A DNA stretch of 64,000 bases from a virus. Of the stretch, positions 9,562 to 18,653 are shown piece by piece. The notes beneath the pieces are model-generated. The model was given only the letters and a program-made list of their open reading frames with translations. It did no database searches and was not told the origin of the DNA. The position numbers and the translations under genes were made by a program. Position 1 is the stretch's first letter; each line of letters opens with the position of its first letter. The stretch lies in IMG/VR virus record IMGVR_UViG_3300044856_000216, positions 64,001-128,000 of that record; one strand, written 5' to 3'.

Positions 9562-9681
9562 TTACTTCCTTGTTAATCTAATTATTATCTCTACAAGTCT
9601 CTCTTTACTCATAGCATGTAAATGCTCTCTCTTCTCATCATCTGAGCAGTTTTCAATAATTTTTAAATCACTCTCTGGCAT
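9562..9681 (-). CDS. small hypothetical protein (39 aa)
   Basis: Own translation MPESDLKIIENCSDDEK...; TAGGAGG upstream. Confidence 0.35.
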   Translation of the reverse strand: MPESDLKIIENCSDDEKREHLHAMSKERLVEIIIRLTRK

Positions 9682-9693
9682 TTTTTAATCCTC

Positions 9694-9828
9694 CTATCTC
9701 AACAATAAATATTTTAACCAATCAGGTATATCAGCATTTACGACCATGCTAAATATCCCAATGTTTACCAATATAGCGAGTATCGCAATTACTATAAACA
9801 TTCCTATAATGAACAACTTATCTTTCAT
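9694..9828 (-). CDS. small single-TM protein (44 aa)
   Basis: Own translation MKDKLFIIGMFIVIAILAILVNIGIFSMVV... Confidence 0.35.
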   Translation of the reverse strand: MKDKLFIIGMFIVIAILAILVNIGIFSMVVNADIPDWLKYLLLR

Positions 9829-10109
9829 ATTGACACATTCTCTCCTTGCCAACTCATATATCCAAGTATTAACAGTTTCTGTAAATCATTACCATGAAAA
9901 CCTGTTACATCACAAAATGCGCCAAGTATTTCTGTATCTTCATGTGTTATTGCATGATAATTTACACTATTACATTCTTCTAAGTGATTCATATTTCCGT
10001 TTTGGAAAAATGTATTATACAATATTTCATATCCAGTATTCGTCATTTTACCACTCTTTGAAATCTCGTAACTTTTTTCAATCAACTTGTCATCGTCAAT
10101 CAGTCCCAT
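9825..10109 (-). CDS. hypothetical protein
   Basis: 94-aa ORF. Confidence 0.5.
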   Translation of the reverse strand: MGLIDDDKLIEKSYEISKSGKMTNTGYEILYNTFFQNGNMNHLEECNSVNYHAITHEDTEILGAFCDVTGFHGNDLQKLLILGYMSWQGENVSI

Positions 10110-10392
10110 CGCCTAACTCCTTTAACATTTCACTCTGTATATCAGCAATCAATTTATTAACTCTTAAGACATCAGTATAGCTCGTCAATGTGTCAAGCAA
10201 TCTCTTTTCAAGTCTGTTTCTAAAATCGAAAATACCACTTTTTATAAGCATAATCTGCTCATCTGTAGCACGTTCCCATTTGTTAGTGTAATTACTACTG
10301 CAAATTGCACAAGGTTGCTCGGAATCTTTGTAAGCATATCTGCAACTACTACATATTTTTTCCATACTTTGCTCCTCTCTGATTTTTAGCAA
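10096..10392 (-). CDS. hypothetical zinc-ribbon-like protein
   Basis: 98-aa ORF, CSSC...CAIC. Confidence 0.5.
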   Translation of the reverse strand: MLKIREEQSMEKICSSCRYAYKDSEQPCAICSSNYTNKWERATDEQIMLIKSGIFDFRNRLEKRLLDTLTSYTDVLRVNKLIADIQSEMLKELGDGTD

Positions 10393-10849
10393 TTCTTTTA
10401 ATCTTTATATTCTCTGGAATATCCATTGGTCTGAAGTCAGATCTGACAATTCTAGTTATAATAACTGGCTTAACACCCCATTTTGTGTAGCACATGACTA
10501 TATCTCCTACAGATATATTCTCTACAAACATTCTCCATTTTTCGGATGTCGGCACTCTCCAAACGTATTCTTTATCACTCTGCTGATTCGGGTGTTTTCC
10601 ATATATGTATGTAACTACTTTATTTTCCCTTTCATATTCATATCTATATTGTTTGACATCTTCGACATCAAACTCTTTGAGCACTAAATATCTTATGTAT
10701 CCATCTACCAATTCTTTTTTATGGTTGATAATAATTGGCTTGTCCAGCTCCCCATGCTCTATAAAATATCTTTTTGCTCTATTCATCTTCGCCTCATTTG
10801 GTACAGATTCTGCAAGGTAATCTGGAATTATAATACTTGTTAGTTTCAT
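10349..10849 (-). CDS. possible ParB/Srx-like N-terminal-domain protein
   Basis: KPIIINHKKELVDGYIRYLVLKE resembles the ParB-N xDGxHR segment, but degenerate. Confidence 0.4.
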   Translation of the reverse strand: MKLTSIIIPDYLAESVPNEAKMNRAKRYFIEHGELDKPIIINHKKELVDGYIRYLVLKEFDVEDVKQYRYEYERENKVVTYIYGKHPNQQSDKEYVWRVPTSEKWRMFVENISVGDIVMCYTKWGVKPVIITRIVRSDFRPMDIPENIKIKRIAKNQRGAKYGKNM

Positions 10850-10875
10850 GTTTTATTTTGTTCTCCTTTATGTAT

Positions 10876-12297
10876 TTATGCGTTTGCCATCTTATCAAAA
10901 CTTCTCTTCATGAAGTCATAATTTACTTTCTGAGATGGACTAAACTTTTTTGTATTCTTATATTTATTAATCCATTCCTCAAACTTGTCCTCATTTTCAT
11001 TCTCACAAGCATATGCCATTAATGCGATTAAAGCTGTTTGGCATTGCTGATATATTGGAGCATTGACTTCAATTCCATTATGATCAAGGCAATAATCAAC
11101 AAGGTCAGAGTAAGTATCAATGTCCTCATCTGTCGCTTCTGGATTTGCGTTTTCCTGTACAAATGAGAGTGTTGATTCATTGGAGTTTTCGCCCTCTAAA
11201 ACTCTTGATTTTATTTGGTTTTTAAGGTCAAACATTTCCAACATAAGCGAAATATATGTATTTATCTTGTTTTGTATCAATTTTTTATCAGATGTACCAG
11301 GTTCTTTGTCAAGTATGTCATAGCTCCATCCATCAACCACTTTGTCATGTAAATTATTTACCAATTCATCTAAAAACTCGACAAATTTGCTATCTTCTAA
11401 TCCCAACTTAATGAATCTATGGAACACGGCAAACCAAACTGGGATATCTTTGAATACAAACAAGTTTTGGAATTTCTCTCCACAAACCTTTGCAATTCGA
11501 TTTCCGTATATATTAATTGTGTTAAATTCTTCATCAGAAGAGCTATTTTCGATAAATTCATTTCTGTCTTTCGGATTCTTTTTCCAATCATCCATATGAA
11601 ATACAGTCATTACAGAATTTGCAACTGTCTGCTCGTAAGTTCCATTCTTCCTCTTTGCACTTGAATATGTAACACAATTTTTGTAAAACTCATTGTTTGC
11701 AATGTTTTTAATTTTTCTTGCATATGTAGGAATCCATGTAAGAGCTTTCTGGTTTGAACCCATGCTCTTATTGCGGTTATACCTTCTTACTAACTTACTG
11801 ATTTCCATCATATTGCAGTTCTGATGAATAACAATTCTGATCTGATAATCATCAAATTTCTTTTTTAATTCATCAGGTAACTGCTCGTAAGTTTTATTCT
11901 TTATGTCAAACTCACAATTGTCCCAAAGAATGCTTCCGTTCTCATCTTTAATAAGATGTCCCTTTTCATCTCTTCGCTTCTTCTGATACTGAATAACGCT
12001 ATTCTCAAAAGATTTAGTTGTTTTCCAGTTCATATGCCTGAATTTATTCAGAGCTGTTGTTCTCTGAATACCATCAACTATATACTGCTGAGTTAAATTA
12101 TCTCCAAGCTCTTCCTCTCCAAGAATTATAGGAGGAATATAATCTTCATTAAGCACCGTATAGATTAGCTCATTTATTGCTCCATTATCCCAACAGAACA
12201 TTCTCTGAACGTCCTGATTTTCTGAAATATCTTCACTATTTACACTCTTTAAATATGAAGATAATGCTATTGCTTGTTCTCTTACCTTTTTTGCCAT
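10876..12297 (-). CDS. DUF262 (GmrSD N-terminal-type, ParB-like) domain protein
   Basis: VQRMFCWDN...IPPIILGEE...YIVDGIQRTTAL matches the DUF262 QR / DGQQR signature; no His-Me C-terminal domain recognised. Confidence 0.85.
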   Translation of the reverse strand: MAKKVREQAIALSSYLKSVNSEDISENQDVQRMFCWDNGAINELIYTVLNEDYIPPIILGEEELGDNLTQQYIVDGIQRTTALNKFRHMNWKTTKSFENSVIQYQKKRRDEKGHLIKDENGSILWDNCEFDIKNKTYEQLPDELKKKFDDYQIRIVIHQNCNMMEISKLVRRYNRNKSMGSNQKALTWIPTYARKIKNIANNEFYKNCVTYSSAKRKNGTYEQTVANSVMTVFHMDDWKKNPKDRNEFIENSSSDEEFNTINIYGNRIAKVCGEKFQNLFVFKDIPVWFAVFHRFIKLGLEDSKFVEFLDELVNNLHDKVVDGWSYDILDKEPGTSDKKLIQNKINTYISLMLEMFDLKNQIKSRVLEGENSNESTLSFVQENANPEATDEDIDTYSDLVDYCLDHNGIEVNAPIYQQCQTALIALMAYACENENEDKFEEWINKYKNTKKFSPSQKVNYDFMKRSFDKMANA

Positions 12298-12326
12298 TGA
12301 TTAATTCCTCCTATATATATTGCCCA

Positions 12327-12911
12327 TTAGTATCTCTGGGTTAAGACTCTTGTGTTTTCATAAGACTGTATTGCTTGTATATTATTTGAATACTCTTTTG
12401 CACTCATATGTAAATATTCTCTGATTTCCATTGGTTTATATCCTTCAGAAAGCAACGCAACAATTTTCCTTTGTGTATGTGATAACTGATTTAAATATCT
12501 CTGTATTCTTGTACCGCCCATCATACTTTGTGCTGCTATTTCAAAAGTATCAAAATCAGAAGGTATCATCTCACTGATTTCCATTCCATCTTCACCTATT
12601 AAAGCATTCATACTTTCAATATTTTTCTGAGGGATTTTTTTTAATCTGTTTCTGTCTCGTATTTCAGTTTTGAACTTGCGTTTAATGTTACTTGCTAAGA
12701 AACAATCAAAATTACATTTATTGTTCTCATCATACCTAAATACTGAATCGGTTAAAACTCCAAGTGCAATTGAATAGAAATCATCAATATCCATTCCATA
12801 TAAACCACCGATTTTATTTAGCATTGGATTACACATTTTTTTAAGCTTTGCCATTTCGTTATTACAATACTTTTCGAGTATTTCTTTTTGTTGAATTTCC
12901 ATTTTTACCAC
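12327..12911 (-). CDS. sigma-70-family RNA polymerase sigma factor
   Basis: Region-2-like FYSIALGVLTDSVFRYD...FLASNIKRKFKTEIRDRNR and a region-4 HTH (LSHTQRKIVALLSEGYKPMEIREYLHMS). The likely start is ATG 12902. Confidence 0.7.
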   Translation of the reverse strand: MVKMEIQQKEILEKYCNNEMAKLKKMCNPMLNKIGGLYGMDIDDFYSIALGVLTDSVFRYDENNKCNFDCFLASNIKRKFKTEIRDRNRLKKIPQKNIESMNALIGEDGMEISEMIPSDFDTFEIAAQSMMGGTRIQRYLNQLSHTQRKIVALLSEGYKPMEIREYLHMSAKEYSNNIQAIQSYENTRVLTQRY

Positions 12912-12933
12912 TCTCCTTATGTTTGATATATAA

Positions 12934-13554
12934 TTATTCTCCGTTTTCTATCTCAACTATTCGGTATCTATATTTACGACTAAATAATCCATTTATCGCT
13001 TTTTGTGTTCTTTCTTTGCTGACTTTAGTGGTATCTACCTCAGCTATTACATTATGTATAATGACCATCTCATCCTTAAGATTTCGTCTATTTTTTCGAT
13101 TGGTACGAATTCTCTTATAGAATATCCAACCTCTGTAAAGATCAACTGGCTTTTCCAACTCTACCTCATGCAAAATATCTATCAATTCTTCGTCAGCTCG
13201 CTTCAACTCAATTTCAAGTTCTTTATATCTTTTTGCTGCATCATTAAGAATTCGCTCACATTCACCAAATTTATCAATCCAAGACCTAACAGATTCAGAG
13301 ACTTCATATCCATCATTACCTTTGATTGATGTTTTCGTTGCTTCAACAATTCTCTCAACTGGTGTCTGTATCTTAATATCAGGAATACATTCCAACTTAA
13401 AATGCAAACGTCTCATGGATTTTGGTAGATGCTCCAAGATATTTTCTGCCTTTTGTTTTGGAAATGTATCTCTAATTTTCCTTGAACAAGCGACTGGTTG
13501 TCCATTATTGAGCCTTATGTATACACCATTGTTGTTTACAATTGCGTATTCCAA
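12934..13554 (-). CDS. hypothetical protein
   Basis: 206-aa ORF. Confidence 0.6.
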   Translation of the reverse strand: MEYAIVNNNGVYIRLNNGQPVACSRKIRDTFPKQKAENILEHLPKSMRRLHFKLECIPDIKIQTPVERIVEATKTSIKGNDGYEVSESVRSWIDKFGECERILNDAAKRYKELEIELKRADEELIDILHEVELEKPVDLYRGWIFYKRIRTNRKNRRNLKDEMVIIHNVIAEVDTTKVSKERTQKAINGLFSRKYRYRIVEIENGE

Positions 13555-13586
13555 TTTCTATCACCCTTTCTTCTTATTTATAATAA

Positions 13587-13643
13587 GAGGCATCAAGGAG
13601 TTGAACCTTACATGATTTGGCTTTCCTGCAAAGCTGATGCCTC
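13587..13643 (-). ncRNA. truncated tRNA-like element (acceptor stem + one hairpin + T arm, 57 nt)
   Basis: GAGGCAU/AUGCCUC 7-bp stem, GCUUU-GCAGG-AAAGC hairpin, UAAGG-UUCAACU-CCUUG T arm. Confidence 0.45.
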
Positions 13644-13773
13644 ATCCGTTAGTGGATTAAACTATGGTAGAACTATAGCAGCTACACATTCTGCTCTTAC
13701 AAGGCAATATGTATGTACAAAGAAACAAGTGCCTTGCGTTATGCACTTACATCGGGTGTGATTCAGTGCATAG

Positions 13774-13845
13774 CAGGGCTAGTTGGATTCGAACCAACGA
13801 ATGCGAGAATCAAAATCTCGTGCCTTACCGCTTGGCGATAGCCCT
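13774..13845 (-). tRNA. tRNA-Gln (UUG)
   Basis: Hand-folded cloverleaf: acceptor AGGGCUA/UAGCCCU; anticodon arm CGAGA-UUUUGAU-UCUCG; T arm GUUGG-UUCGAAU-CCAAC. No encoded CCA. Confidence 0.85.
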
Positions 13846-14113
13846 ATAATTTATTAAATTAAAATTAAATAACGTGAAAATGTGCTGAATTGCCTGAATT
13901 TAATTGACAGAATGCCAATTTATATGTATTATAACTATGAGCGTATTCCAGTACGCTCATGAACAACAATTCAATAAACAATGTTATTAGAGGAAGTCGA
14001 GCGAGTGTTCCAGCACTATGATGCTCGACTTTCTCTTTTTGTATCTCACATTTAATATAATAGAACGTTCGTTCGGCTTTGTCAATACTTTTATCGAACA
14101 TTCATTCTGTTTT

Positions 14114-14392
14114 TTATATGATATCACGTTGCGAGTCCCAAATTCTGCCCTCGCAACTACAAAATTTAATATTGTGTATCATTTCTGTATGAGACAAGCT
14201 AATTCGATTGAACACATTATTAGATAACCAATCAATCTCATCATCAGCTTTATTAATTATTCTCTTTCCTTCATCGGGTGTAATCTGTTTTGGCTTTGTA
14301 TGAATAAACGTAATTCCATTAAAGGAATCCAACCAGATTTTACCAGGAGCTTCGTCTATTAGTTGTTTTGCTTCTTCTTTGCTTATATACAT
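14114..14392 (-). CDS. hypothetical protein (overlaps the MazF-like gene end by 10 nt)
   Basis: 92-aa ORF. Confidence 0.55.
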   Translation of the reverse strand: MYISKEEAKQLIDEAPGKIWLDSFNGITFIHTKPKQITPDEGKRIINKADDEIDWLSNNVFNRISLSHTEMIHNIKFCSCEGRIWDSQRDII

Positions 14393-14772
14393 GTCGTTCC
14401 CTCCTCTAATCTATATCCAGTTCCAAAGAACAAACCATTAAAACACGTCTGGTCAATCATTCTTCTATCTTCCTTACATATGATTGTACCAAGTTTTTCC
14501 ATTACCTCCGTTTTAGAGATAGTTATTATCTGCTCGCCCATTACCATTGAATAAAGCTGCAATCCATTTTCTCCATTGGCTTCAAGACATCCATGCACTG
14601 GCATATTTGTCTTTTTAATTTTACTTGTCAAAGGCATCACTGTAATTATCGTAGCATGTTTTGTCCCAATTGGGTTTGATACGATCACATATGGACGTTC
14701 TTTAGTCTGGACTGATCCTTCGCCTTGATATTTGATTTTCGCTTTTATAACATCATATCTCTGTAAATCCAT
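14383..14772 (-). CDS. MazF/PemK-family toxin-like endoribonuclease
   Basis: ERPYVIVSN...VMPLTSKIKKTNMPVH...MGEQIITISK pattern. Confidence 0.8.
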   Translation of the reverse strand: MDLQRYDVIKAKIKYQGEGSVQTKERPYVIVSNPIGTKHATIITVMPLTSKIKKTNMPVHGCLEANGENGLQLYSMVMGEQIITISKTEVMEKLGTIICKEDRRMIDQTCFNGLFFGTGYRLEEGTTCI

Positions 14773-14934
14773 ATGTACGTTCCTCCTCTCTTTTGTATTT
14801 ATGTACCTTGGATTACCTTTGATATTTCATACTATACGCCCTTAACAATATAATGTCAATAGTTATTCTTAAGATTATATTTATTTTTTTAACAATATAT
14901 GCTAAAGTATATATTATCAAGGAGGTAATATATA

Positions 14935-15143
14935 TGAAACTTAATATAAAACCATTAGTTGACGCAAAAGGACTAAATAGAAATCAGCTTTCAAAAGAAC
15001 TAAAAATAGGATATCAAGCAACATGTAATTTGTATGATGGTAATGCACAACGCATATACTTTGATACATTGCAAAGATTATGTGACGTTCTCGAATGTAC
15101 TCCTAATGATATTTTAATATCTGAACACGACACTAAAAATTAG
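14935..15143 (+). CDS. XRE-family HTH regulator
   Basis: MKLNIKPLVDAKGLNRNQLSKELKIGYQATCNLYDG...; AAGGAGG before ATG 14935 (the track ORF starts earlier, at 14853). Confidence 0.75.
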
Positions 15144-15156
15144 TGTCGTATACATA

Positions 15157-15357
15157 TCACACAAATTTAACTAGATCAAATGGTTGCACTTTCATAGCTT
15201 TGGCAACCAAATCTAATACAGCCAAATCAGGAACAGCACTTCCATTTTCCCACTTACTAATTGTACTTGGTGCAATGTCAGCCATTTTCGCAAGTCCTCT
15301 TACTGTTATTCTCTTTTCAATTCTGATTTTCTTTCCGATATATTTAACCATAATCAC
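15157..15357 (-). CDS. XRE-family HTH regulator
   Basis: ITVRGLAKMADIAPSTISKWENGSAVPDL. Confidence 0.75.
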   Translation of the reverse strand: MIMVKYIGKKIRIEKRITVRGLAKMADIAPSTISKWENGSAVPDLAVLDLVAKAMKVQPFDLVKFV

Positions 15358-16343
15358 ATCTCCATCAATTTCTCTTTCATTCCAACAGCTCCATTGGCAT
15401 AATTATTAACTGTTGTATTTACACTACTATGTCCAAGCTGCTGCTGAACAAATGCAAGATTTCCATTTCTGTTCATTATACTAGCATAATAATGTCGCAT
15501 CATATGTGGAGTAATACCATTTCCATAATTCTCAAATATCTGTTTGATATTTCTCTCTGTTGTACGTGTACCGTTTTTATTTACAAACACAGCTTCCGTA
15601 TCTACAATATTGTCTAAGGTACTTCTGTATTCTAACCATTCTCTTATAGCTTTTAAAGCAGATCCACTAAGATATACCGTTCTATTTTGCATTTCTCTAT
15701 ACACGCCCTTACCAAGAATAGTAATATATGGCATTTCTTCGTCCAAATGTAAATCAGATAAATCCAAACCAGCAAGTTCAGATTCTCTTATTCCAGTTCC
15801 TCTTAACACACGAAAGATAGCAATATTCCTATTTCTTACTGGAATATCCTTTTTCCACATTATTTTCTGTTCCATATCATTAAGCTGTTTTTCTGTTGGG
15901 AGTTTTTTAGTTAAGTTGTTCCCAGATGGAATTCCTTTATATGTTACATCTTTAAAGAATTTATCTTTAATTTCAGTTCCTTTTACTCTGCTCATATAAT
16001 CCCAAAAGCTACTTATTATATGTTTCCTAGTTTCTAATGTTGTAGGTGACATTCCATTCTGCTCTTTTGTCTTTAAATATAACGTGATATCTTCTGCCAT
16101 AATGTCAGTAAAATCCGATGGCTCAATATCTGAAATATTTGTTTTATCAATAAGTTTCTCTTTAATAAACCAATTGAGTAAATCTACAATAACCCCAAGA
16201 TAATTCAATGCGCCTGCTTTACTCTCTATCTTTACAGTAAAATATTTTCTCATATATATAGGAAGATTTAACTCATCCAACTTTCTATTAAGCTTTTCAG
16301 CATTTTTATTTTGTATTTTTATTTTGTAACACATAATTATCAC
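15354..16343 (-). CDS. tyrosine recombinase / phage integrase
   Basis: RGTGIRESEL...HMMRHYYAS...LGHSSVNTTVNNY catalytic signature. Confidence 0.9.
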   Translation of the reverse strand: MIIMCYKIKIQNKNAEKLNRKLDELNLPIYMRKYFTVKIESKAGALNYLGVIVDLLNWFIKEKLIDKTNISDIEPSDFTDIMAEDITLYLKTKEQNGMSPTTLETRKHIISSFWDYMSRVKGTEIKDKFFKDVTYKGIPSGNNLTKKLPTEKQLNDMEQKIMWKKDIPVRNRNIAIFRVLRGTGIRESELAGLDLSDLHLDEEMPYITILGKGVYREMQNRTVYLSGSALKAIREWLEYRSTLDNIVDTEAVFVNKNGTRTTERNIKQIFENYGNGITPHMMRHYYASIMNRNGNLAFVQQQLGHSSVNTTVNNYANGAVGMKEKLMEM

Positions 16344-16654
16344 TCCCTTGTGTAATCTGCTATCGCTTTTGCAATAGCTTTAGCTGCTCTTTTACTTTTT
16401 AATGATCTCTGAATAGATTCTGTATTCCAAGGGACATCACTAAACTCAGCTAACTCACCACCACAATTCCAATTCGGAATACTAAAGAACCCTCCATTTA
16501 CATATTCTCCGAAAATCACACTATAATAATTTCCATTATATTCAACACCTATATGGTGAATATTTTCAACATAAGCATCACCATTATAACCGATTTTATA
16601 ATTTTCCATATTAATCAACCTCACTTTCCTACATACATATTCTCTGTTTTCCAT
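16340..16654 (-). CDS. hypothetical protein
   Basis: 104-aa ORF; a probable internal start. Confidence 0.5.
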   Translation of the reverse strand: MENREYVCRKVRLINMENYKIGYNGDAYVENIHHIGVEYNGNYYSVIFGEYVNGGFFSIPNWNCGGELAEFSDVPWNTESIQRSLKSKRAAKAIAKAIADYTRE

Positions 16655-16926
16655 TCAGGTAGCAGCTCATTATTCTCATCATAATATTTTGACTTAATTT
16701 TCTTTGCATATTCCATTCGCTCATCAAAATCATCGCACCACCTAACTTCAAGATTTTTAGTTCTCATTTGTAACTTTGTACATAGACAACACAAGTTTTT
16801 TACATGATCCTTTTCTCTCATATTCGGTCTGCGTATTTTATCACCAACTTGATTTTTGCTAAGACATCTTAAGCAGATAAACTCACTTGCTCTGCTCGTA
16901 TTGTCGTGTCGTTTACTCATATTCAT
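16621..16926 (-). CDS. hypothetical Cys-rich protein
   Basis: 101-aa ORF, CLRC...CCLC. Confidence 0.5.
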   Translation of the reverse strand: MNMSKRHDNTSRASEFICLRCLSKNQVGDKIRRPNMREKDHVKNLCCLCTKLQMRTKNLEVRWCDDFDERMEYAKKIKSKYYDENNELLPEWKTENMYVGK

Positions 16927-16943
16927 TACCTCATTTTCTGTAC

Positions 16944-16972
16944 TAAAAAAGAAGCAGATGATTTCTGCTTCT
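16944..16972 (-). terminator. rho-independent terminator
   Basis: AGAAGCAG-N7-CUGCUUCU followed by a U-run on the leftward strand, downstream of 17020..17397. Confidence 0.7.
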
Positions 16973-17019
16973 ATTGCTTATTTCTATATTTAATTTGCTT
17001 TCAATAAGAAAGTATTTTT

Positions 17020-17397
17020 TCATTTAATTAATACATCTACATCAATATCTGTTTTAAAAATAACGAACGATCCTAGTTCAATTAATTCTTCCGTTTTCTT
17101 AGCGGCTTCTCTCCAATCTAATCCTTCGTAATCTCTCTTTGAAATTTCAATAAAATCAGTTTCGTAAATTTTCTTATGAGTCTTTTTTATATCAACACAT
17201 CCGCTACTATTCAGTTCAGGTCTTCGTATTTTTACAACATATGAATCATATTTTGTGTCGATTATAAGTACACTTGCCATTTCACAGATTCTTTTATCTG
17301 GTAATCTACTTATAAGTTTTGTTCTAATATCTCCAATATCCTCTTTATATAAATGTGGCTCATAAACACAATCTACAAGGCTTCCAAGTATCTTCAT
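17020..17397 (-). CDS. hypothetical protein
   Basis: 125-aa ORF. Confidence 0.6.
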   Translation of the reverse strand: MKILGSLVDCVYEPHLYKEDIGDIRTKLISRLPDKRICEMASVLIIDTKYDSYVVKIRRPELNSSGCVDIKKTHKKIYETDFIEISKRDYEGLDWREAAKKTEELIELGSFVIFKTDIDVDVLIK

Positions 17398-17427
17398 ATT
17401 ATTACCTCCAAATTTACCAAGAAATCG

Positions 17428-17706
17428 TCAATTCTTTACTTCTTCTCTTTGCCAACCATCAATATACCAGTTTGCATTTTTCTTATCTTTAATACCGCTA
17501 TTATATCTCGCAATCAATCTGCCAATTTCTTCATTACTCGGTTGTTTCTGTAACTGATTCACAGATACATGTCTACAATCATCAGGATTATCACAATTAT
17601 CAAACTTTACGATGCACTCTTCATCGCTGTTCCAAGTGTACTCCATAAAAGTTCCCACAAGCCTCAATCCCAAATGAACTACTCTATCACCTTTTTTAAA
17701 TTCCAT
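17428..17706 (-). CDS. hypothetical protein
   Basis: 92-aa ORF. Confidence 0.5.
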   Translation of the reverse strand: MEFKKGDRVVHLGLRLVGTFMEYTWNSDEECIVKFDNCDNPDDCRHVSVNQLQKQPSNEEIGRLIARYNSGIKDKKNANWYIDGWQREEVKN

Positions 17707-17739
17707 CTATACCACCTCTTCCAATCTTCCAACAAATTC

Positions 17740-17892
17740 TTAATACCCATTACACATACAATAATACTTAACATCAGGTTCTCCTCTAACATGGCGATAC
17801 CCCATTTCTCTTATTAGCCTTAAACCTGAATTATACTGCTTGTCATTTGTAAAATTATCTTTTCTTGCCAATTCATTTATAATTGATTCCAT
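17740..17892 (-). CDS. small hypothetical protein (50 aa)
   Basis: Own translation MESIINELARKDNF...; GGAGAATACAA before the ATG. Confidence 0.4.
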   Translation of the reverse strand: MESIINELARKDNFTNDKQYNSGLRLIREMGYRHVRGEPDVKYYCMCNGY

Positions 17893-17935
17893 TTGTATTC
17901 TCCATTAATTCGGCTTTTATGCTGCTAGTTTAATA

Positions 17936-18199
17936 TTAAATTTTGTGTCTTTTGACATAATCCCAGGAATATGATTCCAATAGCCTTTGTCCAAATTGAA
18001 ATGGAATTACTTTCTTATACCCCATTTTAATTAATTCTGTTACTCTTATTTTACATTTTTTAATATCATCTCCAAATTCAGCTAAGATCCACGGCTCATT
18101 TTCAGAAAAACTTGTGCCATCTTTATCTGCGTATGCTATAGCGTAACTTCCTTGAATTCCATCCATCATTTTTCTCCTTCTTTTTCTAAAAAAAATCAT
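17936..18199 (-). CDS. hypothetical protein
   Basis: 87-aa ORF. Confidence 0.5.
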   Translation of the reverse strand: MIFFRKRRRKMMDGIQGSYAIAYADKDGTSFSENEPWILAEFGDDIKKCKIRVTELIKMGYKKVIPFQFGQRLLESYSWDYVKRHKI

Positions 18200-18463
18200 T
18201 TACAGTGAAATTTTACCACTTCTATAGTCATTTATTTTAGCGGTTCTTTGTGTACCATCAGCATTAAACATCAATTCTTCAACTTCCTGCTTCATTATAC
18301 TGATTTCCGACAAATCGTACTGCTCAACCATTCTCTTTAATTCATCAGATAATCCAGTCATTTGTGATAAATCTTCAATAGCTCTTTCCATATATTCATA
18401 AGCTAAATCTAAATTGTTCCACACGGTATCTAAATTATTTTGCGTTTTATTAATTCGGCTCAT
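18200..18463 (-). CDS. hypothetical protein
   Basis: 87-aa ORF. Confidence 0.5.
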   Translation of the reverse strand: MSRINKTQNNLDTVWNNLDLAYEYMERAIEDLSQMTGLSDELKRMVEQYDLSEISIMKQEVEELMFNADGTQRTAKINDYRSGKISL

Positions 18464-18473
18464 TTATATCACC

Positions 18474-18641
18474 TCATTTCATCACAGACACATCAATAAC
18501 ATTTAATCCTGCATCTTCCAAATCCTGTTCAACACAATATCTCAATGTTTCTTCTGATGACTCATCATCATAGAATTCTCCTTCAACTTCTACAATAAGT
18601 TTTGCTTTTACCTTATTTGGTTTATCCATTGTTTTTGACAT
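18474..18641 (-). CDS. small acidic protein (55 aa)
   Basis: Own translation MSKTMDKPNKVKAKLIVEVEGEFYDDESSEE...; AGAGGTG upstream. Confidence 0.4.
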   Translation of the reverse strand: MSKTMDKPNKVKAKLIVEVEGEFYDDESSEETLRYCVEQDLEDAGLNVIDVSVMK

Positions 18642-18653
18642 TTATATCACCTC

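Noticed and set aside
13865-14101. 78-aa leftward ORF between the MazF-like pair and tRNA-Gln
   Set aside because: There is no SD. The sequence is dominated by two long hairpins (AGTCGAGC…GCTCGACT and ATGAGCGTA…TACGCTCAT). It is more likely non-coding, with unknown function.
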